From positions 2,060,324 to 2,124,323 of the forward strand of contig NC_057746.1 in NCBI RefSeq assembly GCF_004010195.1: a DNA stretch of 64,000 nucleotides, given 5' to 3'. This document shows, in pieces, positions 37,351 through 48,959 of this stretch. A model generated the notes under the pieces. It did not search any database, was not told the DNA's origin, and saw only the letters and a list, made by a program, of their open reading frames with translations. Positions within the stretch are counted from its first letter, which is position 1. Each line of letters opens with the position of its first letter. This DNA is from Chiloscyllium plagiosum (lineage: Eukaryota). The translations under genes were made by a program, and so were the position numbers.

Positions 37351-38046
37351 CTAAGGAGCATTACTGACTGTGTGAATACGACGGTGATCCAACATGCCCC
37401 ATAACTGTTCAAACTCCTTATTACACACCTCACATGTGAATATTTTCTTCTCGCCTGTGTGAACGCGGCGGTGACTCACCAGGCCTGGCAATTGCGCAAA
37501 TCCCTTATTACACACCTCACATTTGAATGGCTTCTCCCCAGTGTGAAGACGTTGGTGTTCACGTAGAGTTGATGACTGAGAGAATGATTTCTTGCAGACC
37601 TCACACTTGAATGGTTTCACCCCAGTGTGAATACGTTGATGTGTCCGGAAGTGAGAGGAGCGTGAGAATGATTTGTTGCACACCTGACACCTGAAGGGTT
37701 TCTCCCCGGTATGGATGCTCTGATGTTCCAGGAGCCTTGTAGATGTCGGAAAGGCCTTATCACAAACTTCACATTTGAAGGGTTTCTCCCCCGTGTGGAT
37801 GGTCTGATGGACCAGGAGGCTCGATAACTGTGTGAAGGCTTTGTCACACACTTCACATCTAAATGGCTTCTCCCCTGTGTGGATACGTTGGTGAACACGG
37901 AGGGTCACTGACTGCGAGAATGATTTGTCACAAACATCACAGGTAAATGGTTTCTCACCTGTGTGGGTGCGTTGGTGTACGAGAAAGTGAGATGAGCATG
38001 AGAATGATTTGTTGCACACCTCACACTTGAATGGTTTATCTTCCAT
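37351..38046 (-). CDS. C2H2 zinc-finger-only protein, 8 fingers (ZNF-C)
   Basis: 231-aa ORF starting MEDKPFKC with 8 intact fingers; exon-2 acceptor AG at 38475-38476. Confidence 0.9.
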   Translation of the reverse strand: MEDKPFKCEVCNKSFSCSSHFLVHQRTHTGEKPFTCDVCDKSFSQSVTLRVHQRIHTGEKPFRCEVCDKAFTQLSSLLVHQTIHTGEKPFKCEVCDKAFPTSTRLLEHQSIHTGEKPFRCQVCNKSFSRSSHFRTHQRIHTGVKPFKCEVCKKSFSQSSTLREHQRLHTGEKPFKCEVCNKGFAQLPGLVSHRRVHTGEKKIFTCEVCNKEFEQLWGMLDHRRIHTVSNAP

Positions 38047-38951
38047 TGAACTGGCCTTTTGTTAACTGCACTTTGTATATTATAAGGTCTTATGAGCCTG
38101 TAGAGACTACCTCACATGAACAGCCTCTCATCTTCAGGAATGATTCAGGGATTCATGAGACTTGATGAATGTTTGGAGTTCTTACTACACTTGGAGCCAC
38201 TCACACTTTTCCCAGTCTCAGCCTGACTGATCACTCACAGCCAAACCCTTGAAAAGGTTGGTTTTGATGGAATGCTCCATACCACTGACCAGTTCAAATC
38301 TGATGATATGTCAAACCTGCAGTGACCCAACCAAATCCCAATTTCTCTGGGTTGAGAATGCTGGAAGGGGACTGGAATGTGTTCCAACAGTTGTGCAGTT
38401 GTTCTTGGATGATGATCAGGATCTACCTGCAGTGTCTAGCCTCTTTGTATTCTCTGGTGTACAATGCAATCCTTCTGCAAAATAGGAAAAGGAAACATGA
38501 GTTCCACCACCTCCCTCTTCTCCTTTGTTAAAGAAGCTTACTGTTCATTCAGAGACTGTTCCACAGTGAGTGCCAGTCTGCTATTCCCTGGTGTAGGCGG
38601 ATCAGATACAAGTCCTTTTTCCAGCAGGAGGAATATTAATTCAGTGGAGACTTTAAAGTTTCTCCCCTTGTTTTTCAAAATTATTTGAGGAAAGCACACT
38701 GGACAACGTGCAAGAAGCTGGGGAAAAGTTTGCTTCAGTATAGCTGATTAAAAGGTTCTGGTTTATCCTGGGAAATTAGATACACTTGCACTCACTCAGT
38801 CTGCAAATTTAGCTGTCAGCCACAGCACTAGGCAAAACTATCAAATCCAAGCCCAGGCTTTTTGAAAAGTGCAGGAATATGAAATTAGGTGCATTGTGAT
38901 CTTGCTGAATAATAGAACATACTCAAGGCACTGAACAGCTTCAGTTAGTCT

Positions 38952-39287
38952 GGGTGGCAATGGTGGCTAGCACTGCTGCCTTACAATACCAGGGACCTGG
39001 GTTCAATTCCAATATTGGGTAACTGTCTGTATGGAGTTTGCACATTCTTCCTATGTCTATGTGGGTTTCCTCTGGATGCTGTGGTTTTCTCCCACAATCC
39101 AAAGATGTGCAGGTTAAGTGAACTAGAGATGTTAAATTGCCTATAGTGGTCAGGGATGTGTAGTTTAGATGCATTAGTCAGGGGTAAATATAGGAGAATG
39201 GGTCTGGGTGGTTACTCTTTGGAGGGTTGGTGAGGACTTGTTGGGCTGAAGGATCTGTTTTCACACTATATGGATTCTATGATTATA
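38952..39287 (+). mobile_element. HE1-type SINE in the ZNF-C intron
   Basis: TAGCACTGCTGCCTTACA...GGGTTCAATTCC...TGGAGTTTGCACATTCT...CCAAAGATGTGCAGGTTA; tail GATTCTATGA. Confidence 0.85.
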
Positions 39288-39419
39288 TGTACCACCTGCT
39301 TTGAACAGACAACACTCCTTCAATCTTTCCAAAAATCCTCATTTCCTCAGAGGAACTTTCAAAATTAAAATCCACAGGATAATAATCAGTTTCCAACTTA
39401 CACATAGACAACTGAACAA

Positions 39420-39870
39420 TAGGAAATAAGCAAGAATCCTCAGACACTCTGCACCTCCCAGATAATTACACATCACCTTCTCATATTCCGGAATGAGCCA
39501 TCAACAAAACTCAGCCTGGAAATCAGAGGGAAATGTTTTCAATAAACACACTCAATATCCAACACACAGCTCCAGTCACACAGTTCAGCACAAAGCACCA
39601 AGTTAACAGCTCTCTCAGCTGGATCTTTTCACACAGCATAAGGGACATTTCCACCCCTGACTGCCCACAGGATAGTCAGACTGCCTGAAGATTGGTGTGG
39701 ATATTATGGAATACAATTTGTATAAAAGCTGCTCCTTCACTCACCATCTCCTCACTTGGTTTTCAGTCCCTATAGGAAGTGAACCAGCTCTGGAAGAGGA
39801 AGAGGAGACAATGCGCAGAGTGGGTGAGCTCTCTGATTGACGTCTCTCACAGTCAATCCACATATTTCTG
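39420..39870 (-). promoter_or_regulatory. Conserved ZNF 5' module, complete copy 3 (putative promoter, exon 1 ending ATG|GTGAGT, intron-1 start) of ZNF-C
   Basis: On the minus strand, ATG at 39747-39745 and donor at 39744-39739; CRE/CCAAT-like GACGTCAATCAG and TGCGCA upstream; matches 17604-18205. Confidence 0.7.
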
Positions 39871-41721
39871 GAGCAACATGCGTTTCATGAAGGTTGAGTG
39901 AAAATAAAATCGCACTTGTTGCAGCTGCTGATTCGGTTTCCAATATAAATGTTTGACAGATGTTTAGTGTGGGAATAGCATTCCTCATTCTTGGAGGCTT
40001 TCAAACTGACAATAGCATGGGATCTGTTTCTTCGAATGTGTATGACAGCAAATCAGAAGAGGAAGATCCACAGCATCTCGGCAGTAATGACATGCAATGG
40101 TGGGACGAATACCTGCACAGGAGGGATGAATACATGAGGGAAATGCGTACAAAAGGGAAAAAAACACTATAACTTTCACAAAACACCCGTATTGGACTGA
40201 CGACTTGCGTACTTCAAAATTGTGCTCCAGTACACCAGTGCCTTCATTTGTTTATTTCCATCTCGGCATGGGAGAAAGGGTCATAGCAGCGAGTGACTCA
40301 AGGCGGAGGAATGACACAGGCAGGAAGATATGAGACGGGGGAACACTGGAGAACCATTGGGACTGGGGGGGGGGGGGTGACTCAGTGACTTAGAGATTGT
40401 CTGTTGGGTGACCAATGCTGAAAAACTAAAATAAGGGAAACTTCAACCAAGGAACCTAAGATTGGTGCTTGTGAGAGGGTGTCACTGCTGGTGAGAGTTG
40501 AGAGGCTGTGAGAGAGAGATGTTCGGTTTTGGTGTGAGTGGAAGGGTTGTGAAAGACAAGAATTCAGTGCTGATGAGAATGGAGAGCTCCTGGCATGTGG
40601 GACAGTGCAGATATAAGCAGGGCGAACCAAGAGAGTGGGAAACTAAGTTGGGTCAGTGTTTGGGGAGTGACTCTTGCAACTCAGGAAGTTAATTTAGGAG
40701 CTGGACAGTAAGTCTGTGATTCAGGGAATAGACTTGTGTTTGTGAAGTACTACAGGATAGATTCTGTTCTTTGGAGTTGATACTGTTCTCAGAGAGTAAT
40801 ACAATGCCTTGTGCAGCAACTGTACACACGCTCCTGGCATTTACTCTGTGCCTGGGAGTGACCGTGAATCAGAGATTGACTCTAGGATAATCAACACTGA
40901 GGAAACAGGGGGACATCTGAACTCTGGGAGGAGTCTTCCTGGTGAGGGTGTTCAGTGGTGAAAGCTCAGGAACCATGCTGATGAGTGTAGGAAGGCTGTG
41001 CAGGGGAGAACAGAGGGGTGTGTTCTCCAATAAAAGAAAGAGCTGCCCAACATCTCAACTCATTTCTGTTGAAGGGTTATCTTGACCCAATACTTCATTT
41101 GTTTCTCTCCACAGGTGACCAGCTCAGCATTTCCAGCACATTTTGTTTTTATTTTAGATTTTAAAGCACAGAAATAGATCATTGGCCTAACTGATTTCAC
41201 TTGATGCTTCCGCTCCACATGAGCTTTCTCCCTCCATATCATCTCTCACCCTCTCAGCGGATCCTTCTATGCCATTCACCCTCATAGACCTACCCAGTTT
41301 CCCATCAAATGTATTCAATTTTATTCCTCAACCATTTCCAATGGAAGCAAGTTCAACATTTTTATCATTCTATTAGTGAAGACATTTCTTCTGAATTCCT
41401 AATTGGATTTATTATTTACCATTTCATACTGATGGACTCCAGTTTTGAACTCTCCACATAAATAAGAAATATCTCTCCATTTATCTGAAAGTTCTTGATA
41501 GACGATGGGAAGCTGTACGGGGGAGCATTGGAATGGTGTACTTGAGTCTAGAAGTAACAACAACATGAATGAGAATTTCATCAACAAGTGGACCGACAGG
41601 GGGAAGAAGGGTGGAGAGGAGAAGATAGTGGTTGTTGGGAATGTTTGATGTTACAGAGGGGGAAATAGGTCGTCTTTGTGATAGAGAGAACATGGGGTCA
41701 GAAGCTCAGCTGATGCAAATA

Positions 41722-42780
41722 GAGTCATTGAGTCATAGAGGTGTACAGCACAGAAGCAGATCCTTCGGTCCAACTCGTCCATGCCGACCAGATATCCCTG
41801 TATTTCATGAGAGCTAACCTTGCTACCCAGTCTCCCACGGGGAACGCCTTATTGAAGTACATATAGACCACGTCCACCACTCTGCCGTCATCAATCCTCT
41901 TTGAGTTTTTTGAAAAAGTAACAATCAAGTTTGTGAGATATGATTTCCCACACACAAACCCATGTTGACTATCCCTAATCAGTCCTTGCCTTTCCAAATA
42001 CATGTACATCCTGTCCCTCCAACAACTTGCCCACCACTGATGTCAGCTCACTGGTCTATAGTTCCCTGACTTGTCTTTACCACCCTTCTTAAACAGTGGC
42101 ACCACGTTTGCCAACCTCCAGTCTTCCGGCACCTCACCTGTGACTATCGATGATACAAATATCTCAGCAAGAGGCCCAGCAATCACTTCTCTAGCTTCCC
42201 ACAGAGTTCTAGGGGACACCTGATCAGGTCCTGGGGATTTATCCACTTTTATGTGTTTCAAGACATCCAGCACTTCCTCCTCTGTAATATGGACATTTTT
42301 CAAGGTGTCACCATCTATTTCCCTACATTCTATATCTTCTGTCCTTTTCCACAGTAAACATTGATGCAAAATACTCATTTAGTATCTGCCCTATCTCCTA
42401 CAGCTCCACACAAAAGCCGCCTTTGAGGGGCCTATTCACTCTCTAATTACTCTTTTGTCCTTAATGTATTTGTAAAAACCTGTTTGATTCTCCTTAACAC
42501 TATTTGCCAAAGCTATCTCATGTTCCCTTTTTGCCCTCCTGATTTCCCTCTTAAATATACTCCTATTGTCTTTATACTCGATCTAACTGTCTATACTTGA
42601 CATATGCTTCCTTCTTTTTCTTGACCAAACCCTCAATTTCTTTAATCATTCAGCATTCCCTATACCTACCAGCCTTTCCTTTCACCCTAACAGGAATATA
42701 CTGTCTCTGGACACTCGTTATCTCATTTCTGAAGGTTTCCCATTTTCCAGCCACCCTTTACCTGCGAACATCTGCCCATA
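41722..42780 (-). mobile_element. CR1 LINE, internally deleted, with 3' end
   Basis: HITEEEVLDVLKHIKVDKSPGPDQ...DWRLANVVPLFKKGGKDKSGNYRPVS and LIRDSQHGFVCGKSYLTNLI, joined directly to the 3' tail at 41722-41795. Confidence 0.9.
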
Positions 42781-43369
42781 TAACTTGTGCAATGTCATAA
42801 GGATCAGCCTTAGAGTCTCAGTTATTTAAGGTCTGTACTAATGATTTGGAGAAGGGCTGTAATGCATCCAAATTTGCTTACAATACAATAGTAAATGGGC
42901 GAATGTGCTACAAAGACATAAGGGGATACAGACAGGTTGAATCAGTGAGCAAAAATCTGGCAGATGGAATTTAATGTAGAACACTGAGATCACTTTGGCA
43001 GGAAGAATCAAAAGGTAGACTATTTAAATGGAAAGACATTCCAAACAAGCACAACACAGAGGGATCTGGGTGTTCTTGTGCATTCAATTCAAAAACATTA
43101 GGTGCAGCAGGTAATTAAGATGGTAAATGGAACCTTGGCATTCATTTCTAGGAGGTTAGAGTTTCAATAACAGTGAGGTCTTGTTGCAACTGTGCATGAT
43201 GTTTGTTTCACTTGATTTATTGTAGTCATATATACCTAAGTACGCAAAAAGTTTGGTTTTACTAGCAGTACAACTGCACAGGTGTGCAAAGGAAGATCAA
43301 CATTTTCGAAGTTAGAGAGTCCATTCAGCAGTCTAATAGCGGCATGGAAGTAACTGTAACTGCTATCTG

Positions 43370-44480
43370 ATATGAGGGTTCTTAGCAGAGACAGTAATGC
43401 AGAGACTCAAACAAACAGCTCTGCCAACCATCCAACCCAAACTTTGGGTCCGCTACGTGGATGACACCTTTGTCATTACTAAAACAATTAGAGGAAACCT
43501 TCAAGACCATCAATAATACCCTTACTGGCATAAAATTCACTAAAGAGGAGGAAAACAACAACAAACTGCCACAGTAGCGTGAACAGCCAATGGGGAACTT
43601 CAAACCAGCATCTACAGGAAAACAACACATACGGACCAAATATTGAACTACAGAAGCAATCATCCCAACATCCACAAACGAAGCTGCATCAGAACATTAC
43701 TCCAATGAGCCACAACACACAGCAGCACAGAGGAACTATGAGGAGCAGAGGAAATTCACCAATACAGTGTATTAAAAAAGAACAGGTACGCAATGAACAC
43801 AGTCCACAGATTTCTCAGCAACAAACTCAAACAAGTAGACAAAACCCATCCAGAAACCCTAGCCACTCTCCCCTACATCAAAGACATCTCGGAAATGACT
43901 GCCAGACTACTCTGACCACTTGGCATCATGGTAGCCCACAAACCCACCAACACACTAAAACAGCAGCTAATGAACTTGAAAGACCCTATACAGACAACAA
44001 GCAAAACTAATGTCATTTACAAAATACTGTGCAAGGACTGTATCAAACACTACATTGGACAAACAGGCAGAAAACCAACCACCACGATACATGAACATCA
44101 ACTAGCCACAAAACAACATGACCCTCTCTCACTAGGAAGGACACCACTTCGACTGGGACAACACATCCGTTCTAGGACAAGCCAAACAGAGACACACACG
44201 AAAATTCCTAGAAGCATGGCATTCCAACTGGAACTCTATCAACAAACACATTGAGTTAGACTCCATCTACCCCTGAGAAAAAGAACAGGAAATGACATCA
44301 CCACAGGAAACGATGTCACCACAGGAAATGGCATCACCAACCCAAAGAAACCCAAACATATAAATAGAAAGCAGGAATTATAAACAGTGCTTCACCCAGA
44401 GGCCCACCGAAGATGTTACCAAGTAGGGAGATGAAACGTCTGGAAATGAACCTCCAGCTCAGCGAGCAAACCTACATCCA
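43370..44480 (+). mobile_element. Penelope-like element (RT with YVDD, GIY-YIG endonuclease, 3' repeat), frameshifted
   Basis: PKLWVRYVDDTFVI; HTDQILNYRSNHP; NVIYKILCKDCIKHYIGQTGR; three 18-bp tandem units at 44287-44340; hammerhead-like remnant at ~44407-44440. Confidence 0.9.
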
Positions 44481-44635
44481 TTGTCATTGTATTACTGTTC
44501 TAGTATTGCAAAGTAAAGTTTATTGTTGTTTGCTGAAAACCATAGAATATTTTGGAGCTATCCTCTTAGAAAAGTTCTCTGGATCTCACTTTTGTCTATT
44601 TAAAAAAAAAGTCTGAGACTGGCACAATTGGGAAA

Positions 44636-44950
44636 GATTAGATTAGGTTAGATTAGATTCTCTACAGTATGGAAACAGGCCCTTTGGCCCAACAAGTCCA
44701 CACCGACCCTCCAAAGAGTAACCCACCCAGACCCATTCCTCTTCCCTATTTTTACCCCTGACTATGGGCAATTTAGCATGACCAATTCACCTAACCTGCG
44801 CATCTTTGGACTGTGGAAGGAAACCGGAGCACTGGTGGAAACCCATGCAGACACAGGGAGAATGTGCAAACTCCACACAGTCAGTTACCAAAGGCGGGAA
44901 TCAAACCTGGGTCCCTGGCGCTGTGAGGCAGCAGTGCTAACCACTGAGCC
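44636..44950 (-). mobile_element. HE1-type SINE
   Basis: Same sequence family as 1651-1930. Confidence 0.85.
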
Positions 44951-44951
44951 A

Positions 44952-46070
44952 AAAGGAGCAAGTCAAACAGTCAGGGCAGGCAGAAACAAAGCAGAGAACA
45001 AGGTAGGGCTGATAAATTAAACTGCATTATTTCAATGCAAGAGACCTAACAGGAAAGGCAGATGAACTCAGGGCATGGTTAGGAACATGGGACAAGGATA
45101 TCATAGCAATTACAGAGGTGTGGCTCGTGGTCAGGCAGCATCGAAGAGCAGGAGAGCTGATGTTTCGAGCATAAGCTCTTCATCAAGCTTTTCCTACATC
45201 ACACTTTTTGACTCGGATCTCCAACATCTGCAGCCCTCACTTTCTCCCTGTGGCTCAGGGGTGGACAGGACTGGCAGCTTATTGTTCCAGGATTCAAATT
45301 CTATAGGAAGGATAGAGAGAGGGGCAAGAGAGGAGGGTGAGTGGCATTTTTGATAAGGAATAACATTAAGGCTGTACATAGGGAGGATATTCCTGGGAAT
45401 TTGACCAGGGAAGTTATTTTGGTGGAACTGAGAAATAAGAAAGGGATGACCACCTTATTGGGATTGTACTACAGATCCCCACCCCCCACCCTACCAACAA
45501 TCAGCAAGAAATTGAGAAACAAATTTGCTCTGGGGATTTCAGTTATCTGCAGGATAAAAGTGTGGTTATGGTAGGGGAATTGAACTTTCCATACATAGAT
45601 TGGGACTACCACAGTGTTAAGTGTTTAGATGGAGAAAAATTTGTTAATTATGTATAAGAAAATTTTCTGATTCAGTATGTGGACGTATCTACTATAGAAT
45701 ATGCAAAACTTGACCTACTCTTGGGAAGTAAGACAGGGCATGTGACAGGTGTCAGTAGGGAAGCACTTTGGGGCATAATTCTATTAGTTTTAAAGTAGTG
45801 ATGGAAAAGGATAGATCAGATCTAAAAGTTAAAGTTTTAAATTGGAGGAAGGCCAATTTTGACAATATTAGGCAAGAACTTTCAAAACTTGATTGGAAGC
45901 AGATATTCGCAAGTAAAGGGAGAGCTGGAAAACGGGAAGCCTTCAAAAAAATGAGATAACGAGTGTCCTGAGACAGCATGTTCTTGTTCGGGTGAAAGGC
46001 AAAGCTGGCAGAGTAGGGAATGCTGGATGACTAGAGAAATTGAGGTTTGGTCAAGAAAAAGAAGGAAGCA
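44952..46070 (+). mobile_element. CR1 ORF2 endonuclease remnant with a Penelope insert (45128-45248, TGTGGCTC TSD)
   Basis: LNCIxFNAR, IIAITExW, ILVELRNKKGMTTLLGLYYRSP and VLNWRKANFDNIRQEL motifs. Confidence 0.85.
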
Positions 46071-46074
46071 CCAC

Positions 46075-46765
46075 AGCTCTGTATACCATGTGTTTGGTGT
46101 CAGATCTGATGTTGTTGTCCTCAAACACCCTTTCCTTCAGGCAGCTGAAGGATGTGCTAGCACACTGTCACAAACTTTATGGTGCAGCCAAAGCAGAGGC
46201 TTCACTGTTGACGGTATCAAAGGCATATGTAAGGTTAAAGAAGGCATTATATAGGGGTAGGTTCTTGTCTCTGAATTTCTTATGTGACTGTCGTGTGGTG
46301 AAAATCATTCCATTGTGCCCCTTTATGGCTAGAAGCCACACTGTGATTCCAGGAGGAGTTCCTCAGCCGCAGGGAGGAGAAATTTGAGAAGAGAAATTTG
46401 AGAAGAACCTTGATGATCGACATCAGGGAGGTTCCCCTGTAGTTACCACAGTTGGACTTGTTCCCTTTTTTTGAAAAATCTCACGACTGTGGCATCTTGG
46501 ATGTCTCTCAGGATGCTCTCCTCTTTCAACATAAGGTAGACCAGGTTGTGTAGCTGCAGCAGGAACTATTTGGCCCTGCACTTCAATGTCTTAGCGGTGA
46601 TACCATCTGCTCCAGCAGCCTTGTTGTTCTTAAGTTAGTGGATGGCCTTCTTTATTTCATGCAGGGCTGAGGTGTTGCTGAGCTGTGAAACATGATCAAG
46701 GATGCTCTGATCGACAACAGAGCCCTGATTGAGGAGATCTCTGAAGTCCTCCCCCCAGCATCGTT
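46075..46765 (-). mobile_element. RTE-clade LINE RT remnant
   Basis: Minus-strand IFKKGNKSNCGNYRG, ESQCGF and LPLYNAFFNLTYAFDTVN motifs. Confidence 0.7.
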
Positions 46766-46786
46766 TAAATTGTTTCTTTGTCTTTG

Positions 46787-47433
46787 TTAAAAATTACACA
46801 ACAGTTCAAAAAACGCACAATCTTTAGGCAGGTAATCCATGTGACATTTTATAAATTCCTACTTTGGAAATAGAACAATTCTGACTCAAAATTGGGATAC
46901 AGACAGACTCTAACCTCACACCTTTAATGCACTGCCTGAGCTGAGATGTCACTTTTTTTTTTATAAAACCTTAAGTTATCTCGGGAATGTGACTGAAAAG
47001 CAGTTCTGCGATTTACGTATTAATGAATTGATACCTGCAACCCATTCTTAAAAAATGAAAGACTAAACAGCAATCTAGGTGTGTTCAATATATCGTATCA
47101 GTTGCATGGCACTATGATCTTTTGCTATGAATTCTGTGACTTATGATCCTGCCCCATTAGCTATTAGCGCTCCGAAAGCTAGTACAGGGCAAACCCCGGA
47201 TCTGCAGAATTGTTTACCTGCGGTTTACCATGACCTGAACATGTTATAGGGAACATTCCGGAACCAGGGACCGCTTCTATCTGCGGTTTCGGGTTTCCAC
47301 GATAGGTCCTGGAACATAACCCCCGCGAGTATACGGAGGACGACTGTACTTCCAAATAAACCTATTGGGCTATAACCTGGTGTTGTGTGAGTTTTAACTT
47401 TGTCCAACCCAGTACAACACTTGCACCTCCACA
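46787..47433 (+). mobile_element. Penelope-like 3' fragment with a 12-bp TSD
   Basis: TCTTTGTCTTTG on both sides; terminal repeat AAATAAACCTATTGG...CCTGGTGTTGTGTG. Confidence 0.75.
47185..47346. mobile_element. Tc1/mariner (Tigger-like) MITE nested in the Penelope repeat
   Basis: CAG...CTG termini with imperfect TIRs and TA on both sides, splitting the consensus GCTAG-TA-CTTCCAAATAAACC. Confidence 0.7.
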
Positions 47434-48959
47434 TCTTTGTCTTTGATAAGACTAACTCTATGCTTGGCCACCAGTGGATGGGGTCTTTGATGTTTGGGCT
47501 GCAAGTGGTCTGAGACAGCGTAAAAGAAACCCTGCACATCAGGGTTGTCAGCCGTTTGTTGGGCCTCTAGTACTTTCTACACCTGTCCTTTATGTTGTGA
47601 ATTCATTATTAGACCTTGGCCTTCAATTGCCTGTAGGTCTGCCTTTTCTCTTCCAATGATCAGAACTGGGCTGGAAGGGCACCTTAGATTGCCAACCTTG
47701 ACTGGGTCAGGGATTGAACAGAAGACAGAACCTTTGGCCAGTGAGGGAGATGTATTTTAAACTGGAAACACCAAACTTTTATACTTTTACTCCATAGTCT
47801 TGAGAAAACACAGTCATTAGGTACAGAAAACAAATTTAGAATGTGTGCACAGATTATTCTCTCAACCAATTTGACAGGGGCCTTGGTTCAGCTAAATAAC
47901 AGGCATTGGTAGAATCACATGACAATGCCAATATGCAAGGTTATCTTGGTTTCTTGACATCTTCTTTCTCCTCGATACCAATGGTGGGAGATCTACAGTA
48001 TGCACAGTCTGATCACAATTTGAGAGATTCAAACCATGGTGCACAGAGAAAATTACATCCTTGAAATGGATTATTTCTCCAAATTTCCCATTGTTCAGCA
48101 AATTAGCAACAAATGTTACTGGCACATAAATGAGGACTCTTGTTTTCCGTTTCTCCAGTATTCCGCTACGATGATGGTGCAGCAGGGCTTCTGAACCTTG
48201 GGTTCATCCACTTCATTTTGTTCCTTTTTTAGTCTCTTTTTTCCATTTCCTTTTTTCAAAGAAAAAAATTACCTCTTCACGAAGAGCTAGGTTGCAGGAA
48301 TGACATCGGCGGTGACGAATGAACCCTGTAGCGCAGACACGAGCAGGCCCAGCAGTGCGGATCCCTGGTGACAGCATCAGAGGCACGTTTGGGTTCCCAG
48401 TGACGTCTGTGTTGTCAAAGTTCTAGCAACAATTCATGGCAGTTGTGGCAGAGGTGAATACAAGACCTGGCGGCATCAGCGGTAGCTGAGCTCGAAGTGG
48501 ATTCATAGCGCCCATGGAGTTGAGTTTGGGCCAGTGCAGTACCTGTATGCATCAATGGCATTTGCATTGGCAAGGTCCATTTAAGACTCATAGTGGTGAG
48601 GGTGTCTGTGGAGGCAAGATGGCACCGATAAGTGGTGACTTTCATTCAAGCATTTCATTTTTCTGCCTTCATGCTTTTGTTTTCTTCTTCCTGTGTTTTA
48701 AGATGGTGCCTGGAGAGTCACGACACCACACATAACATGTTTCACTGTATTTTATGACCTTTTGTAACAAAATACATGTGACAATAAATAAATCAGATCA
48801 AATAAATCAGTTCTGGGATTTCAAAGTCACGGAAGCCTCTTTCTGGTGATCACTTGAAGCTTAACACATTAACAGAATCATGCTACTCAGTATAACTTAA
48901 CAATTTAACTTTAGTCCAGAAACTGATGTACTGTGAATGTATTTTTTTACATATTCGTG

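Noticed and set aside
38952-39030. tRNA-like A and B boxes (also ~1860-1930, ~44890-44950, ~56490)
   Set aside because: SINE heads, not cloverleaf-forming tRNA genes.
47890-48210. Minus-strand 77-aa ORF or possible transposase C-terminal remnant
   Set aside because: No recognisable motif set or splice context.
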